NCBI GenBank assembly: GCA_964035545.1
Contig: OZ037765.1
Location: forward strand, 17,608,995-17,672,994
Origin: Bugula neritina
Taxonomy: Eukaryota > Animalia > Bryozoa
Direction: 5' to 3'
Length of the DNA stretch: 64,000 nt
The notes beneath the pieces were generated by a model. That model was not told the DNA's origin. It saw only the letters and a list, made by a program, of their open reading frames with translations, and did no database searches. This document shows, in pieces, positions 55,763 to 64,000 of this stretch. Each line of letters begins with the position of its first letter. The stretch's first letter is position 1. The position numbers were made by a program, and so were the translations under genes.

Positions 55763-56539
55763 CACCGGCTTTCCATGTACCGATCTCAGATCGATCTTAG
55801 CGAGATCGATCCATGGAAAGACGCCAAAGATCGATCTCAGTCGATCTGAGCTGGTCGGTCTGTGGAGCTCGAACTCAGATCGATCTCATATGTCAATAAG
55901 ACCATGGAAAGACGCCAGATCGATCTGAGAAGTAGAAAAAGACTGCGCGCTACAATGTTGTCTGCTAATAAAAATGATAACTTATTGATAATTACTAAGC
56001 AAAGTATAAAATAATTATGATAGCCACCTTTTCAGATGCCAAAAGTTTGACTTTCAGTACGATGATTACGAAAACTCAATTATATGCAGTAGAAGGTAAA
56101 AAATGGGAGAATTTAAATTGAATTTAAATGACTAATAAAACTTAGTTTCATTAGCTATTTTCTTTGTAATTTTAAGCCTAACAGTCCTGTAAGTTTATTA
56201 ATAATCTGCAAGACAGTCATTAATTTTATATAAGCTGTCAAGCTAAAAAATTAAAATTAATTATTTTAAATTGGCCAAATTACTATACACTGAAAGCTTT
56301 GCTGCGTATAGTTTATAGCTGGGATTAAATTTTAGACTATGACCGTCTTGTTTTCAACAGTAGTAGCTTTAATCACTCAAATAGGTGAACAAATTATACT
56401 TTTAAAGTATCCTTCACTTAAGAGGAGGCAACTTCGCGAGATCGATCTGACACTCTCATGGAAAAACGATCGATCTGAGCACATTTCTCAGATCGATCTC
56501 AGCGAGATCGATCTGAGATCGGTACATGGAAAGCCCGTG
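55763..56539. mobile_element. Non-autonomous TIR element with CAC...GTG ends and ATT target duplication (CMC/CACTA-Chapaev-like)
   Basis: TIR CAC(C/G)GGCTTTCCATGTACCGATCTCAGATCGATCT (35 bp, 1 mismatch); ATT at 55760-62 and 56540-42; about ten subterminal AGATCGATCT-type palindromes. Confidence 0.88.
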
Positions 56540-58555
56540 ATTGATTTTGGTCTATTATATAACTAGGGTTAGTAAGCTGAACTGGTGCAAAAGTGAAACC
56601 ACCTCTATCTAAATATGGAAGTATGGGCACATGGTACAATAATATGACATGCCTGAGAAAACTTTTTAGATTTTTGTGGGGTATCATCTTATTTGTAAAA
56701 ATGAATATAAGCAAATTTTATAAACTCCAATCAATTATTTTCCTAAATGCAGGAGTGCAATATATAAATTCTGCAGAAATACGATATCTTATTTACATGT
56801 ACAAAGTTTATGAACATGACAACCAGGGAAGACTTCAAAATGTTCAGTACATTAGGCGTACTGTGATTGGGTGAATAGTTGAGGAAGTACATATCACTAG
56901 ATCGTACATATTTCCAGCAGACAAATTTTATAGCTGTAGATGTCATTTCACTATAGCTGCTAAAACAATTTTTCTGTGTTTATTAAAGCACAATTAAAAA
57001 ACATCAGTGTTAGTAGCAGCATCATTTCAGTATGTCTCCATGATTCCTTTTCTGTGTGACAGCCAGTTTTAATATTAATAGTGAGGTTTAGTAGGACCTT
57101 AAGTGCAATTTATAATAATTACATTATTAGGCCCTTATATCCTCTATGGCCTATGCAGTGCAGCTTTTTATCACTATTGTGGTTCATGAAAATCCTATAT
57201 ATGAAATGCCACAAAATATTTTTAGCACTGCTTAGTTTTACATGATAATAAAATAATCATTACTAGCAATTTCTCACACCATTCCTTACCAAACATCTGT
57301 TTAATATATTTATTGTATATCAATACAGTATGATTTTCATTTGAATGCTGACCTAAAATTTGCAAACACATACAGTTAGTGCAAGTCAAAAACATACCAA
57401 AGTTAGCAGTGTTGATGTGTGAAAACATGCGCTCTCCATCAATTAAAGAGCTGGTGTGCTTGGAAATCTCTCAAAAATGATATCAATGAGACAGTGATTA
57501 AGCAACTTTAAATGAAATTTATTTCGAAAACATAACTGTGGTACCAACCATGACTCCAACATGACATTAGAAAACATTCAACAACCATTAGTTGCTTATA
57601 TTTTACAATTTTTATAATTTAAGAAGTCATCACAGAACAAGTGGACTGCAAAAAATACATACACTCATTATATTGCAACAACAACTTATTTTGCTTTTAT
57701 TTCAGAAACCTAAGCTGAGAAATTTTTTTGCATTAGGAAGTTTAATTTCTCTAAGTTCATGTTTTATATGGCAGCTAGGACAAATGTGCTTAGGTTATTT
57801 GAAAGAACAAAATTGCTGCCAAAACTGATTAAAATTCGAAAGTAAATCGTTCTCTTAAAGCCATTCAGATGGTAACATTGTCTATCCAGTTAGATTAACT
57901 GATGTACAATCTGACCACAACCATTGAGGGAAGGTCAATCAATCAGCACAATCTTCTATTTTTAGCCTACTATACCAAACCCACAGAAAATATAGAACTC
58001 TTGATATCTTTTCTTGGGGCACCTACCATTGTGGCATGAACAACTAAACTTGGTGGCCTGATTATTAATGTGTAGGCTCAGTGACAAATTAAAAAAATTA
58101 AAAGTAACAAAGGGTATTATGCAACGCTAAGTTAATTCGTCTGTTTAATAGCAACATCCATTACTCTCCACTGTAGATTTTAACATTGACATGAAAACAA
58201 AAAATTGTGTAACAAAAATTATGAAATAGCTATTGATTCGCTTGTGTTCAAATCAAATGGATTTCTTCTAATTAAATACGTGAAAAAAATCACAAGTGTC
58301 AATACAAACTGTAAACTTTAAATAAAATTGAGGAACTCCTGTATGAAACCTGGGATATGAATGAGATCACCCCCGAAATTCCCGGCTTTTATGCTGTGTG
58401 ATTTTTGACGGAAGCCAGAAACTGTTGCAAATATTTAGCTCAATTCAATTAGAGGAGATAGAACACAAGTAGTTTCCATAGGAATAAAATGGGAGGATTA
58501 AAGTTCAACTATTTACACAATGCCAATTATACTCCAGTGAAACGGAATTTATCTC

Positions 58556-62828
<4,273 letters not shown>

Positions 62829-64000
62829 GCAAGGTAATGTAAATTAATTCTGTATTTCTATCAGTTTCCCAGTTTCAGAAAAGTGAACAGCAGTAAATTC
62901 CAAAAAAATACAAGTCACTGTCTTGCTATTGTGGAAGTAGATGAGATTTCAAAACTCAAATTGGAGTAATTATGTGTTACAGATGCAGCTTTAGAACGTG
63001 ATCCTAAGAAATTACAATCTCTGCAATACAAAACAATATATCATCAAAATGAAACCAACAATCCATTTTTACACAAAATGCTAATTTGATTAATTTGAGA
63101 AACAGAGCTTTTTCTAGCTCATGACAGTTAAATCACACTTGAGAAAATAAAACCCACCACAACTAAAGGTACCAATACCTAACAAAAATAGATGTGTTGA
63201 AAAGATGGTTGAAAAGTTTTATTGTAATATTTAGTTGACTAATTTAGTATTTACGTAGTCTACTGGCTTTAATTGATCATATATGATGGTCATACTTTGA
63301 TCACCTTATCATTGGTAACACACCATATGCATGATACTACAAATGAAATATTAAATGTGAGGTACTTTCACTCATACCAAATCACACATGGTCTAAGCAC
63401 ACAGTTAATCAAGATGAAAGCCCTTTAAAAACCACAGGTGTAATCAGCTAACAGTAGACAATGCTGATAAGAACTCAATTTTTTTTACTTTCTTGCTGCT
63501 TTTAAAAGTACAATAATATAACAAAATTTTATGCACTTTGCCATATTGCTATGGTCAAAAATTATGGATATAGTTGTGCTACTATTTTCAGATGAGTTAA
63601 ATTGAATTGACCACAGTATTTATAATATCATATACTTGTTGAACCAAATGACCAGAATTGCTATATTTGATATGCTACTAAATCAAAATTGGAAGCTAGT
63701 TCCATTATAAGTGCACAATTATAGGCTGTGTTAGTATATATTAAGGTTACAGAACAATCTCTTAGTATAGAAAAAAAATTGAAAATCACTCATCAGTTCA
63801 AGTAGCTTCTAGTCTTTTTGAAGTTATAATGAATTGAACTAGCAATAAATTTTTCTGAAATACTTCAGTTATAACTCAAACTGGAGGTGAATGATCTTTA
63901 GCGATGCATTAATTGTAAACTCAACATTTTTATTTACCCTGTCAAATTGATGTTACTAGATTACATTTTTTTATTGGATTAGTACCTATGCATATTTACA

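Noticed and set aside
56339-56946. Short ORFs in and beside the palindromic element as a transposase
   Set aside because: All are under 100 aa, have no DDE or other motifs, and partly translate the repeats.

Overview
AT-rich, intron-containing invertebrate animal DNA with GT-AG introns; the species cannot be determined from the sequence. I assembled seven protein-coding genes by hand from splice sites: (1) DMXL/rabconnectin-3alpha, minus strand, ATG at 27523, running off the left edge; (2) a divergent two-exon orphan ORF of about 154 aa on the plus strand; (3) a secreted, possibly GPI-anchored reeler-domain protein (minus); (4) IFT22/RABL5 (minus, six short exons essentially missed by the ORF track); (5) an intronless PIGK/GPI8 (plus), head-to-head with IFT22 and tail-to-tail with (6) mitochondrial GrpE (minus); then DYRK1A/minibrain and DDX6/Me31B (both minus), which brings the total to eight including the orphan. 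Repeats: six copies of a tRNA-Thr-derived SINE (two form an inverted pair), three copies of a TA-flanked MITE, a 1.3 kb pogo-like deletion derivative, a 777 bp CAC...GTG element with AGATCGATCT palindromes, and minisatellites, one being an array of AP-1 sites. The most unusual unexplained signal is a TAG/TAA/TAC/ACT-triplet low-complexity tract in the first intron of four unrelated housekeeping genes. All homology calls rest on recalled family motifs, not database searches. I found no clearly novel multi-gene system.
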